From positions 22,247 to 86,246 of the IMG/VR virus record IMGVR_UViG_2706795421_000001: 64,000 nt of DNA, one strand, 5' to 3'. The number at the start of each line of letters is the position of its first letter. Position 1 is the first letter of the stretch. Source of the stretch: a virus (Duplodnaviria > Heunggongvirae > Uroviricota > Caudoviricetes). A program made the translations under genes and the position numbers. Positions 1 through 7,704 of the stretch are shown piece after piece. The notes below the pieces were generated by a model, which worked only from the letters and a program-made list of their open reading frames with translations, did not search any database and was not told the origin of the DNA.

Positions 1-378
1 AGAAACTTCAGCGGTCGCCTCTTGCTGGGGGCGTTTTTCTTCCGGTACCACAACGCTGTACAGAGCCTGGAGCATCAGGCCTACCTGGTCCTGGAGTTCA
101 GCTTGCACCACGGCGTAGCGGCCATTCACTTCCATGTAGTCCTTGGAACGAAGGAAGGAGTCCACCTTGCGGATTTTCTTCCAATCGGTGCCGTCTGCCG
201 TCATCACTCGGTCGAACTCTTTGGCCAGGGGTTCGAGGTTGACAACCTGTACAGCCTGGTGCAGGCGGTCCAGGGTTTCATCATCCGGCATAATCGGAAT
301 GAGAACACTCATGAGGGCGTCATGTGCCATTTTCTTGAACAGGTCCTGACGGCTCAGTTGGGTTGCTTTCTCGGTCAT
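1..378 (-). CDS. hypothetical protein, N-terminal part only (gene continues past window edge)
   Basis: ATG at 378..376 on the minus strand overlaps the stop of the downstream gene as ATGA. Frame stays open to position 1 (MTEKATQLSRQDLFKKMAHDALMS...). Co-oriented with the 375..912 gene. Confidence 0.45.
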   Translation of the reverse strand, partial: MTEKATQLSRQDLFKKMAHDALMSVLIPIMPDDETLDRLHQAVQVVNLEPLAKEFDRVMTADGTDWKKIRKVDSFLRSKDYMEVNGRYAVVQAELQDQVGLMLQALYSVVVPEEKRPQQEATAEVS

Positions 379-912
379 TCATTCTCTCCTTTTTCAGTTT
401 GTTCTTGCTCAGCTTGCGGCTTAACCTTTGGCTGACGCTTTTTACGGGCCGGTTTCTCAGGTGCCGGGGCCTCCTGTTTAGCCTCGGACTCAGAGGTGCC
501 AAAATCGAACACCACGTTCTCATCTTGACCCTTCTCCAGGACAGCCCAGTGAAGGCTGCTGGACAGCATGGACACTCGGGAGGTGTCCAGGGCGTATCCT
601 GCCATAACCTGGGATTGGAATGCAAGCAGGAAATTCATGAGGTTGTAGTCTTTGACCTCAACGGCGTTCTCAGAGAGACTCTTGACGGCCTCCGGGCTGG
701 CGACTTCAGTCGGGCCACACACTTCCTCGTGGAAGAGGGTGATGGTACGAACACCCGAAGCAGAGCTGACCACTGGGAATCCAGCCATGGTGTTCTCAAC
801 ACGGTAGCCTTCAGCGATGGCATCTTCCACGGCTTGCAGGAAGCTGATGGGGTTTTGTTCAACTACACGGACACGTTTACGGTCCGCAGGGTAAGCGGGT
901 TTGACGGACATT
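375..912 (-). CDS. hypothetical protein (about 179 aa, Lys/Glu-rich C-terminus)
   Basis: AGGAGG sits 8 nt upstream of the ATG at 912..910 (minus strand). A sigma70-like promoter lies just upstream. The longer ORF in the track (to 1028) has no RBS. Confidence 0.55.
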
Positions 913-939
913 TCGGTTCCTCCTTTGGATTGAGAGTTC

Positions 940-968
940 ACTATACCACTGCTTGGGAAAGAAGTCAA
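940..968 (-). promoter_or_regulatory. sigma70-like promoter for the minus-strand operon (TTGACT-N17-TATAGT)
   Basis: Reverse complement reads ttgact-17nt-tatagt, about 25 nt upstream of the RBS of the 912 gene. Confidence 0.5.
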
Positions 969-971
969 CCC

Positions 972-1000
972 TTGACAAACTAAAAAATTTATAGTAATAT
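972..1000 (+). promoter_or_regulatory. sigma70-like promoter (TTGACA-N17-TAATAT) in AT-rich island, divergent from the minus promoter
   Basis: ttgaca at 972-977, 17-nt spacer, taatat at 995-1000. Local GC is about 25%. Confidence 0.4.
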
Positions 1001-1025
1001 TATTAAATATATTATATATAATATA

Positions 1026-1059
1026 CAAGGGAGGGAGTGGGCAAGTGCCCCCTCCCTTG
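1026..1059. other. nested GC-rich hairpin (outer stem AAGGGAGGG/CCCTCCCTT, inner GGGCA-AG-TGCCC); second copy at 63084..63115
   Basis: Perfect inverted repeats. No U-tract follows, so it is unlikely to be a simple terminator. Confidence 0.6.
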
Positions 1060-1102
1060 TACTAAGTATATAATTAATATTAATTACTATAGGTTAATTT
1101 TT

Positions 1103-1279
1103 ATGAGATGTAAAGGATGTAATAGGATAATTAAATATCCTAGTAAGAATTCAGTTTCAGGAAAGCATGAGGACCTATGCTCCCTGTGTCAAGGCCGTGC
1201 CAGGATGGTAGGCCCTCCTGAGGACTATGCATTCCCTCACGTCAAGCAGGGGTTGACACCAGTACGCAAGTGTGACTAG
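1103..1279 (+). CDS. small Cys-rich protein (CxxC...CxxC), questionable
   Basis: ATG at 1103 (MRCKGCNR...SLCQGR...). No clear SD. Lies in the AT-rich island. Confidence 0.25.
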   Translation: MRCKGCNRIIKYPSKNSVSGKHEDLCSLCQGRARMVGPPEDYAFPHVKQGLTPVRKCD

Positions 1280-1389
1280 GTATTGACAAACACACCTTTA
1301 GGGTGCTATAGTGTCTATAGATATACCAGTTTAAGACCTGGGAGGGTTCCTCCTCCTTCCCCTCTCAGGCACCCAACCAAGGAGTAAGT

Positions 1390-1746
1390 ATGAGCAAGTT
1401 CGTAAAGGGCCAGAGTGGCAACCCTCGTGGTCGGCCCACCAAGGAAGCTCAGGCCCTCAAGGCGATGTCTGCCGGAGAGCTTGATCACATCCTCAAGAAG
1501 CTGAAGCCTGCCAGTGCCAAGGCCATTCAGCTCATGATCGACGAAATGACCAATGCGTCCCAGACATCTCCAGTCCGTCTCAAGATGGCTGACAAGGTGT
1601 TCGCTGCCTACCTGGCAGCCCTGAGGGCACAGGCGTCGATTGACGCAGCAAAGAACAAGTCTGACGGTGTTCCTGAGCAGGAGGATGAACCTTCGGCACA
1701 GGTCGTAGAATTCTCGCTCACTATGCCTGCCAAGAAAGGAGCATAG
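1390..1746 (+). CDS. terminase small subunit-like protein (N-terminal KGQSGNPRGRP motif)
   Basis: GGAG RBS. The GNPxGRP N-terminus is recalled from phage TerS-type proteins. A coiled region follows. Confidence 0.45.
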   Translation: MSKFVKGQSGNPRGRPTKEAQALKAMSAGELDHILKKLKPASAKAIQLMIDEMTNASQTSPVRLKMADKVFAAYLAALRAQASIDAAKNKSDGVPEQEDEPSAQVVEFSLTMPAKKGA

Positions 1747-1747
1747 C

Positions 1748-1996
1748 ATGCAAGTCCCAGTAGAAGTAATGGATCGGGTGTTTCCGGAGTCAAGGGTGTA
1801 TGTGGAGTCAGTTCTGGCTGATTGCCAAACTCTGGAAGACCTGGTGAACCACAGGATCAGCCTAATCCGCAAGATGGGACTCAAGGTTCCAGGCTCTCCG
1901 GAGTACCGAGAGCTGTGGCTGGCTGAGCAAAGTATCCACGAGATTGAGGGCTATGTCCTCGGCTCTTGTGGTGCAGGGGACTCCCAGCCCCACTAG
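1748..1996 (+). CDS. hypothetical protein (82 aa)
   Basis: Start shares sequence with the upstream stop. Confidence 0.4.
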   Translation: MQVPVEVMDRVFPESRVYVESVLADCQTLEDLVNHRISLIRKMGLKVPGSPEYRELWLAEQSIHEIEGYVLGSCGAGDSQPH

Positions 1997-2200
1997 GCGT
2001 TCCCGGAGCCGTATGGCGGGAGGGGTTGAAGGTTCACCACACGAACCCCCTATGCCCCGGAGGTTGCCGGGGTAGGTCCTTCAGGCTCTAAAGACCTGGA
2101 GAAGTGTCAGCCGGACCTTTGAGGATGGGAGTCCACCGGCACTCTTGACATAGCGTTCTGAACAAGGTTTAATGGCCTCCACGAAGAAACAGGAGGTATC

Positions 2201-2503
2201 ATGAGAAACATGTTCGTTACGCCCCATGCCAGGAAACGCTTTCGTGAGCGATTCCGGCTCCAGTTCCACCCGTCGGTTTTCGAGGACGGTCGAGACATCT
2301 ACGTCATACGGAAGCTTTTCGCTGAATCGAAATACTGCGACTTCGAGCTTCGTATGCGGGTAGGAAACTATAACGCTCTCTGCGTAAAGCACGGGAGGGT
2401 CGTAAGGGTTTCCAAGGTTCGGAATTTCGTATTCGTTCATGATGACTCGACGATCTACACAATCCTGAAGGAAGGGATGGTTCTGTCAAACGTGAGGTTT
2501 TAG
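2201..2503 (+). CDS. hypothetical protein (100 aa) in a lower-GC segment
   Basis: Perfect AGGAGG 6 nt upstream of the ATG at 2201. The antisense ORF 2081..2440 has no RBS. Confidence 0.45.
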   Translation: MRNMFVTPHARKRFRERFRLQFHPSVFEDGRDIYVIRKLFAESKYCDFELRMRVGNYNALCVKHGRVVRVSKVRNFVFVHDDSTIYTILKEGMVLSNVRF

Positions 2504-2575
2504 GGTAGGGGTCTTGGCGACCAGGTTGGACTCCAAATTCAACCCAGCTCAGTTCGAATCTGAGACTGCCCGCCA
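2503..2575 (+). tRNA. tRNA-like element, possible degenerate tRNA-Trp (anticodon CCA), atypical D-arm
   Basis: T-arm CTCAG-TTCGAAT-CTGAG, acceptor 3' ACTGCCC-G-CCA, anticodon stem-loop TTGGA-CTCCAAA-TTCAA. The acceptor has 6 of 7 pairs and the D-arm is reduced to a mini-hairpin. Confidence 0.3.
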
Positions 2576-2583
2576 AAAATCTC

Positions 2584-2611
2584 TTGACTTTATCGAAAAA
2601 TGTGGTAAAGT
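2584..2611 (+). promoter_or_regulatory. candidate promoter for the tRNA cluster (TTGACT-N16-TGgTAAAGT, extended -10)
   Basis: ttgact at 2584-2589, taaagt at 2606-2611, TG at -15/-14. Confidence 0.35.
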
Positions 2612-2767
2612 GGATTTAAGAGATTCAGATGTGGGACCGACGAAGCTGATGTGCAGAGGAGGTGATCCAGCATCTCCCGGACGGGTCCGGGTTACCAACC
2701 CGCTAATTTCTCAGCCCGACAGCAAGGGTAGTTCCTGCGGGGCCAGGGTCCAAGTGACCCTTCTACA

Positions 2768-2844
2768 TTCCGTTCGGTCCCTCAAGGCGAGGGAGCTTGA
2801 CTGTTAATCAAGACGTGCCTGGATCGATTCCAGGGAGCGGAGCC
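2768..2844 (+). tRNA. tRNA-Asn (anticodon GTT)
   Basis: Acceptor TCCGTTC/GAGCGGA with one G-U pair. D-stem TCCC/GGGA. Anticodon stem CTTGA/TCAAG, loop CTGTTAA. T-arm CCTGG-ATCGATT-CCAGG. Encoded GCCA end. Position 8 is G and position 54 is A, both unusual. Confidence 0.5.
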
Positions 2845-2902
2845 AAAAGAGTAACCTCCACGCATAAGGCCTGGCACTGCGCACCAGGAGGTTAGTTTCA
2901 AT

Positions 2903-2990
2903 GGAGGGGTGGCAGAGCGGTTTAATGCACCGGCCTGTAAATCCGGCGTCCGACCGAGCATCGCTGGTTCAAATCCAGCCCCCTCCACCA
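2903..2990 (+). tRNA. tRNA-Tyr (anticodon GTA), type II with long variable arm
   Basis: Acceptor GGAGGGG/CCCCTCC. D-stem GCA/TGC. Anticodon loop CTGTAAA. T-arm GCTGG-TTCAAAT-CCAGC. Discriminator A and CCA are encoded. Confidence 0.65.
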
Positions 2991-2993
2991 AAT

Positions 2994-3114
2994 GCTGTGT
3001 AAGTTGGACTGTTGCAGTGAAGCGATAGGCTCCCCGGATCGTAAGCCGGTAACGTGGGGATAGAGGGCTCCCACCGCTGAGCAACAGGAGGTTCGATTCC
3101 TCAACACAGCCCCA
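2994..3114 (+). tRNA. elongated 121-nt tRNA-like element (perfect acceptor stem, canonical T-arm, CCA; about 45 nt extra; anticodon unresolved)
   Basis: GCTGTGT at 2994-3000 pairs with ACACAGC at 3104-3110, then C and CCA. T-arm GGAGG-TTCGATT-CCTCA. Internal near-duplication GATAGGCTCC / GATAGAGGGCTCC. Starts 3 nt after tRNA-Tyr. Confidence 0.35.
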
Positions 3115-3191
3115 AAACTGCTCCAGGCAGTTCAGCTAGGCTAGGCTTGAGAGGTAGTAGCCCGTTTTTCCAAACCCTCTCACTTACAATC

Positions 3192-3267
3192 AGGCGTGTG
3201 GCGAAAAGGTTAACGCACTGGACTTTGACTCCAGCATTCGAGGGTTCGAATCCCTCCACGTCTGCCA
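3192..3267 (+). tRNA. tRNA-Gln (anticodon TTG)
   Basis: Acceptor AGGCGTG/CACGTCT with one G-U pair. Anticodon stem CTGGA/TCCAG, loop CTTTGAC. T-arm GAGGG-TTCGAAT-CCCTC. G and CCA are encoded. Length 76 nt. Confidence 0.65.
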
Positions 3268-3324
3268 ATACCCGATGCTAATTGGGTCTTGTCGCTCCGG
3301 GTCAGCGACTCAGAAGTGACCCTT

Positions 3325-3354
3325 AGCCCCGGCGATCTTCGCTGGGGCTTTTTA
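3325..3354 (+). terminator. rho-independent terminator after the tRNA cluster
   Basis: AGCCCCGGCGATCTTCGCTGGGGCTTTTT. Confidence 0.6.
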
Positions 3355-3376
3355 CTTTCTCAACCCGTAATGGAGG

Positions 3377-4201
3377 TTGCAAATGACGTTCCAACCCACT
3401 CACGCACAAGCCAGCGTGATGTCTGACGATAAACACATGATAATTCTCTACGCCTCCCACGCAGGAGGTGGCAAGTCTCACCTCGTGGCTAAGTGGCTCA
3501 CAGAGCCCATGCACTTGGAAGGCTACCGAGGCTTGGCAGCCCGGAAAACGATTCCATTCCTCCTAGGCCCTGGCGGCCTTTCGCAAAAGATAGTAGATGT
3601 TGATCCCTCTCTTCGGTTCTTTCGGAGAGATTTGATGGTAAGGGCTCCAGATCGCAGGTCTTCAATAGTTCTTCGTGGTATCTCAAGCGGGGAATCAGTT
3701 CGGAGCCTGGCAGGATTCGTATTTCAAAGGGCAGCATTTGACGAAGCCAATCAGATCGACAGCAGCGCCATAACGTACCTACTGAGCAGGCTTAGGAGCT
3801 TCCAATGCCCCGAGGTGACTCCCCAGGTTTTGATGGCATTCTCTCACGGCGACTACTCCAACACCTTCATGGACACCTTGGTAAGGCCGTTTATCAAGAG
3901 TAACGACAGTCAGAGAGGCCACGGAGGGGTAGGGCCGATTGATTCCGAGAAGAGCGGTCAGACACGTTGGCTCACCTTTGTACGGGGGCAGCCTATTGTG
4001 GCCTCAAGTCAAGAGTCTTTAATGGACATCCTGGAGTGCTACTCAGGTCGAAAACCTGAACAAGGAGCCTTGATTCCGTACACACTGTATTACCAGCCTG
4101 AAGTCCACCCAGTAGTAAAGGAGCTTCATCCGGAGTACGAATCATTCATTAAGAACCTCCAACCGCCCCTTCGTACCTGTATGAGCGGCTATTGGGGGTA
4201 A
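3377..4201 (+). CDS. terminase large-subunit ATPase-domain paralog (TerL N-domain-like, no nuclease domain), 274 aa
   Basis: GGAGG RBS. Aligns by eye to the N-terminal third of the downstream TerL: HAGGGKSHL vs GAGAGKSYL, RGLAARKTIPFLLGPGG vs RGLITRRTTPQIKGPGG, AFDEANQ vs LVDEGQQ, LLSRLRSFQCPEVTPQ vs LMSRMRGPKCPEVEPH. Confidence 0.65.
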   Translation: MQMTFQPTHAQASVMSDDKHMIILYASHAGGGKSHLVAKWLTEPMHLEGYRGLAARKTIPFLLGPGGLSQKIVDVDPSLRFFRRDLMVRAPDRRSSIVLRGISSGESVRSLAGFVFQRAAFDEANQIDSSAITYLLSRLRSFQCPEVTPQVLMAFSHGDYSNTFMDTLVRPFIKSNDSQRGHGGVGPIDSEKSGQTRWLTFVRGQPIVASSQESLMDILECYSGRKPEQGALIPYTLYYQPEVHPVVKELHPEYESFIKNLQPPLRTCMSGYWG

Positions 4202-4205
4202 CGAA

Positions 4206-4230
4206 TAGCCCCGCCTAGCGGGGCTTTTTT
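4206..4230 (+). terminator. rho-independent terminator
   Basis: TAGCCCCGCCTAGCGGGGCTTTTTT. Confidence 0.65.
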
Positions 4231-4273
4231 GTGCCTGGGGATTGGCCCTGGGCAATGCAACAAGGAGCCTGAC

Positions 4274-4699
4274 ATGGCTTATGAAATGACCCCGGAGGAT
4301 AAAGTCCTCTACGATGCAATTGCCCGAATCGGCATCCTGGGAGCTATCCAGGCTGGCCTGATGAAGGCAGGAGATGGTGGCGAGCCGACCCCTGCACCCA
4401 CCGTAGACACCCTGGAAGGAGCGGGCGCCACTGGCAAGGCAGTGATGAAGGCTGCTGACGCTGCTACTGCACGCACTGCGATTGGTGCAGGCACATCCAA
4501 CCTGGCCATCGGCACCAGCGCAAGCACCGCCAAGGCCGGTAACTGGAAACCTGCTTGGGCAGATGTCACAGGCGGAGATGCAGCCGTTTCTTCTGCTGTT
4601 AAGGCCAAGGTGAACGCTGTCGCAGCAGTCGCTGAAGATGCTGAGCTGGGAGCTGTAGCTGCTAAGCTTAACGAACTGTTGGCTGCTTTAAAAGCATAA
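4274..4699 (+). CDS. hypothetical Ala/Gly-rich protein (141 aa)
   Basis: AAGGAG RBS 6 nt before the ATG at 4274. Low-complexity Ala-rich sequence ending in a coiled-coil-like tail. Confidence 0.5.
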   Translation: MAYEMTPEDKVLYDAIARIGILGAIQAGLMKAGDGGEPTPAPTVDTLEGAGATGKAVMKAADAATARTAIGAGTSNLAIGTSASTAKAGNWKPAWADVTGGDAAVSSAVKAKVNAVAAVAEDAELGAVAAKLNELLAALKA

Positions 4700-4780
4700 A
4701 CAGGGTCTAGGGGCTTGACAAAGTTAAGCCCCTAGCATATACTGACCATATAAGCAAGAGAAACTTTGAGGGCTTGACAA

Positions 4781-6199
4781 ATGACTAAGACAGTCATCGG
4801 TCCTAAGTCTCCGAAGCAGGAAGCGTTTATCAACTCCACTGCGAACATCACCGTGTTCGGTGGAGCTGCCGGGGCTGGTAAATCCTACCTCGGAGTGATG
4901 GACTTTCTAAAGCATGTGAAGCACCCGATGTTCCGGGGCCTGATCACTCGACGGACCACGCCTCAGATCAAAGGTCCTGGCGGCATCTTGGATAACTGCC
5001 TTCAGTTGTACAAGCAGTTTGACAAGAAGGTCAAATGGAAGGACAAGGACGGGAAATTCGTCTTCTCCTCGGGAGCTGAGATTCACCTTCGACACTTTGC
5101 CCACATCGACGATAAGGACAACTACCAGGGTCTGGAAATCAACGAATTCCTCGTTGACGAAGGACAGCAATACACCCTGGACATGTTGCTTTACTTGATG
5201 TCTCGTATGCGTGGTCCGAAGTGCCCCGAGGTTGAACCTCACATGAAGATCACCTGCAACCCTGATTATAACAGTCCGCTGCGTAAGTGGCTGACTTGGT
5301 ACCTGGACCCTGAGACAGGTATCCCGCTCCCCGAGAGGGACGGAATCACTCGGTTCTTCACTATCCAAAACGGAGACATGGAGTTCGCTGACACAGCGGA
5401 AGAGCTGATTGAGAAGTACAACCTGAAGTCTCCTCCCCTGACTTTCAAGTTCATCTCCGCCAACGTATACGACAACCCTGTCGTAATGGAGATTAACCCC
5501 CAGTACGTTGCCTGGCTTGAAGGTTTGAACCGGGTTGAGAAACTTCGACTGCTCCATGGTAGTTGGTTTGCCCGAGAAGAAGCAAGCGGCTACTTCAAGC
5601 GAGAATGGACTCCAATCATTCCGCTTAGGCCTACAGATACCGTGAGACAGGTAAGAGCCTGGGATATCAGCGGTACGCTGCCATCTGACTCCAACAAAGA
5701 GCCAGACTGGACAGCAGGCGTATTGATGAGCAAAGGCCGGAGTACGCTATACACAATCGAGGATGTGGTAAGGGACCGACGCCGGATTGGCGGGGTTTTT
5801 GAACTGATCCTTGAGACAGCAAGACATGACGGAGCTGACACGACGATCCTGATTCCACGTGATCCAGGAGCGGCAGGCCAGCACCTCGCATGGGACTTTG
5901 TTCGCCGACTGGCTGAGCACGGTTTCCATGCCAGGACCCGTCCAACCAACAAATCAAAGGTCACCCGGTTCGGTCCTTTTGCCAGCATGGCAGAGGCTGG
6001 AGGTGTTCAGGTAGTAGAAGGCCCCTGGAACGAGGCTTACCTGACGGAGCTGGAGGTGTTTGACGGAAGCCGAAATGTGAAGGACGACCAGGTGGACGCC
6101 ACCTCGGACGCCTACACTTATCTGGCATCTGACATCCACATTCCCAACTTCATCCCTCCGGACCTAACCCGACCCAACCCGCTGGCCATTGAACGATAG
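4781..6199 (+). CDS. terL: terminase large subunit
   Basis: 472 aa. Walker A GGAAGAGKSY, Walker B LVDEGQQ. C-terminal nuclease-like region with acidic residues (DPGAAG..., DDQVDATSDAY). Confidence 0.9.
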   Translation: MTKTVIGPKSPKQEAFINSTANITVFGGAAGAGKSYLGVMDFLKHVKHPMFRGLITRRTTPQIKGPGGILDNCLQLYKQFDKKVKWKDKDGKFVFSSGAEIHLRHFAHIDDKDNYQGLEINEFLVDEGQQYTLDMLLYLMSRMRGPKCPEVEPHMKITCNPDYNSPLRKWLTWYLDPETGIPLPERDGITRFFTIQNGDMEFADTAEELIEKYNLKSPPLTFKFISANVYDNPVVMEINPQYVAWLEGLNRVEKLRLLHGSWFAREEASGYFKREWTPIIPLRPTDTVRQVRAWDISGTLPSDSNKEPDWTAGVLMSKGRSTLYTIEDVVRDRRRIGGVFELILETARHDGADTTILIPRDPGAAGQHLAWDFVRRLAEHGFHARTRPTNKSKVTRFGPFASMAEAGGVQVVEGPWNEAYLTELEVFDGSRNVKDDQVDATSDAYTYLASDIHIPNFIPPDLTRPNPLAIER

Positions 6200-6208
6200 G
6201 AGGCCCTT

Positions 6209-7702
6209 GTGGCTCGGAGAAAGAGGAACGTCAGAAAGGCGGCAACAGCGCCGGTGCCATCGGCCCCCCGCCTTCGGCTGGGCGAAATCGGACACACGGG
6301 CCTAAAGCAAAGCGGTGGTGCAATCTACGAGGAAACTCGGGCTGAGCTACGGTTCCCTGAGAACCTGAACACCTTCAAGGTGATGGCCCGAGACGCCACC
6401 ATTGCAAGTGCCCTGGCACTGTTCGAGTTGATGGTAAGCCGTGTAGAGTGGAGTGTCAAGGGTGGTACAGAGCCTGACACTGCCATGCAGGAGAAGGTGA
6501 AATTCCTCTCCCAGGTCATGCACGACATGGACCACACGTGGTACGACTTCATCAAAGAGGTGACCAGTTGCTTCACTTACGGCTTCTCGATCCATGAGAA
6601 GGTGTACCGGAAACGGACGTGGGCAAACGGTTCCAAGTACAATGACAACAAGATCGGCCTGAAGCGTCTCCCTGTTCGTTCTCAGGAGACCATCAGGAAG
6701 TGGCGGTTCAGTGACGATGGTCGGGACTTCTTGGGTGCTGTTCAATCTCCCAAGCTGATTAGCGGATGGGAGCAGCGGTACGGCACCTATCTGAAGAATC
6801 TCCCGAATGGCGGGGATGAGATTTTCATTCCGAAAGAGAAGTTCTTGAACTTCCGCATCGACCCGCGACGTGACAACCCTGAGGGTAATAGCCCTCTTAA
6901 AAACGTGTACTTCGCCTGGAGTTACCGGACTGCCCTGGAAGAGCAGGAAGCCGTAGGTATTACCCGAGATATGAACGGTATGCCTACCCTGTACATCCCT
7001 CCTCGGTACATGTCTCCGGACGCTTCGGACGAAGAGAAGGCGATCTACGAGTATTACAAGAACGCCATGCGGAACATCACCATGAATGAGCAAACGTCGC
7101 TCATTCTTCCGCAGCAGTTTGACCCGGAATCCCGCCTACCGCTGTTCAAGTTCGAGTTGACCAGCAGTCAGGGTGGTAAGATGTACGACACCGACGCAAT
7201 CATCAAGCGTTGGGATAACAAGATTCTTCAGGTCCTGTTCGCTGATGTTCTGAAGATGGGCCAGGACAACGTTGGCTCCTACAGCCTGGCAGGTGCTAAA
7301 ACCAACCTGATGGCAATGGCCATTGAAGCACGTTTGCAGATGATTCGGGACGTGCTGAACAACGACCTGGTACCTCAACTGTTCCGGTTAAACGGATATC
7401 GCCCCGATGAAGAGTTCCCCACCTTCGAGTTCGGCGACCTCGACGAGATTGACTTGGATGTTTACTCCAAGGCGATCCAGCGAATGATGTCCGTCGGTGG
7501 CCTAGAGTTTACTCGTGATGTGGCCAACCGAAACCGTAAGGCCATTGGCCTGCCGGAGCTTCCCGCCACTCAAGCTATCGACCGAGAGGCTTTGCCCTTG
7601 GCAAACGACAGCAAGGCGGGAGAGGGGATGAAGACGGCGGGTGAAGGGACTTCTAAGAGCCCCAGCGCCCGCGATGATTCAACCGCAAACCAGGATAACT
7701 GA
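6209..7702 (+). CDS. portal protein
   Basis: 497 aa with a GTG start after GGAGG. Sits immediately downstream of TerL. Size and position fit a DUF935/Mu gp29-type portal. Confidence 0.8.
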   Translation: MARRKRNVRKAATAPVPSAPRLRLGEIGHTGLKQSGGAIYEETRAELRFPENLNTFKVMARDATIASALALFELMVSRVEWSVKGGTEPDTAMQEKVKFLSQVMHDMDHTWYDFIKEVTSCFTYGFSIHEKVYRKRTWANGSKYNDNKIGLKRLPVRSQETIRKWRFSDDGRDFLGAVQSPKLISGWEQRYGTYLKNLPNGGDEIFIPKEKFLNFRIDPRRDNPEGNSPLKNVYFAWSYRTALEEQEAVGITRDMNGMPTLYIPPRYMSPDASDEEKAIYEYYKNAMRNITMNEQTSLILPQQFDPESRLPLFKFELTSSQGGKMYDTDAIIKRWDNKILQVLFADVLKMGQDNVGSYSLAGAKTNLMAMAIEARLQMIRDVLNNDLVPQLFRLNGYRPDEEFPTFEFGDLDEIDLDVYSKAIQRMMSVGGLEFTRDVANRNRKAIGLPELPATQAIDREALPLANDSKAGEGMKTAGEGTSKSPSARDDSTANQDN

Positions 7703-7704
7703 AA

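Noticed and set aside
22-435. 137-aa plus-strand ORF at the left edge.
   Set aside because: It is antisense to two minus-strand genes that have a consensus promoter, an AGGAGG RBS and an ATGA overlap. No RBS on the plus strand.
2081-2440. 119-aa minus-strand ORF in the lower-GC segment.
   Set aside because: No RBS. The overlapping plus-strand ORF 2201..2503 has a perfect AGGAGG-N6-ATG.
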